From: Squalus acanthias | Lineage: Eukaryota | Assembly (NCBI GenBank): GCA_030390025.1 | Contig: CM059449.1 | Location: forward strand, 15,624,001-15,688,000 | Direction: 5' to 3' | DNA length: 64,000 bases | In this document: one piece after another, positions 63,640 through 64,000 of the stretch | How the letters are laid out: each line of letters begins with the position of its first letter | Numbering within the stretch: position 1 is the first letter of the stretch | Notes under the pieces: model-generated | What the model saw: only the letters and a program-made list of their open reading frames with translations | Databases searched by the model: none | What the model was told of the DNA's origin: nothing | Program-made: the position numbers and the translations under genes

Positions 63640-64000
63640 CGAATCATAAAATGACACAGCACAGAAAGCCATTCGACCCATTGTACCTGTGCCGGCTCTT
63701 TGATAGAGCTATCCAATTAGTCCCACTGCCCCGCTCTTTCCCCATCGTCCTGTATTTTTCCCCTTCAAGTGTTTATCCAATTCTCTTTTGAAGGTTACTG
63801 CATTTCAGACAGTGCATTCCAGAGCACAACAACTCGCGGTGAATAAAGAGTTTCCTCATGTCACCTCTGGTTCTTTTGCCAATCAACTAAACTCTGTGTC
63901 CTCTGGTTACCGACCCTTCTGCCACTGGAAACAATGTATCCTTATTTACTCTATCAAAACCCTTCATGATCTTAAACACCTCGATCAAATCTCCTCTTTA
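63640..64000 (-). mobile_element. CR1 LINE 3' fragment running off the right edge of the window
   Basis: Homologous to the 44950-45300 and 37615-37915 copies. Confidence 0.75.

Overview
Vertebrate genomic DNA, almost certainly from an elasmobranch (shark or ray): it carries HE1-type SINEs, HER1/CR1 LINEs, Deu-domain SINEs and Penelope remnants. Most of the long ORFs in the ORF track are decayed LINE fragments or their antisense shadows. The real genes are a cluster of three spliced, single-Ig-domain receptors with germline-joined VJ-type domains resembling NKp30/NCR3. All exon structures below were built by hand from splice sites and reading phase, and are predictions. Gene A (+, 16081-23378) has an Arg in the transmembrane (TM) segment and a predicted ITAM-like tail (YKKL-x7-YPRI). 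Gene B (-, 42934-29662) has a V exon about 94% identical to gene A, but an uncharged TM and a tail with Tyr/ITIM-like motifs. Gene C (+, 49079 to at least 58418) has a divergent V domain, a Lys in the TM, and a tail built from a ladder of alternating 22-nt and ~35-nt micro-exons in which the motif Tyr alternates with Cys. Bases 1-13905 are a ~1.97-kb-period tandem array made mostly of retroelement fragments; two units received later insertions (a MITE and a palindromic Penelope/hammerhead piece).
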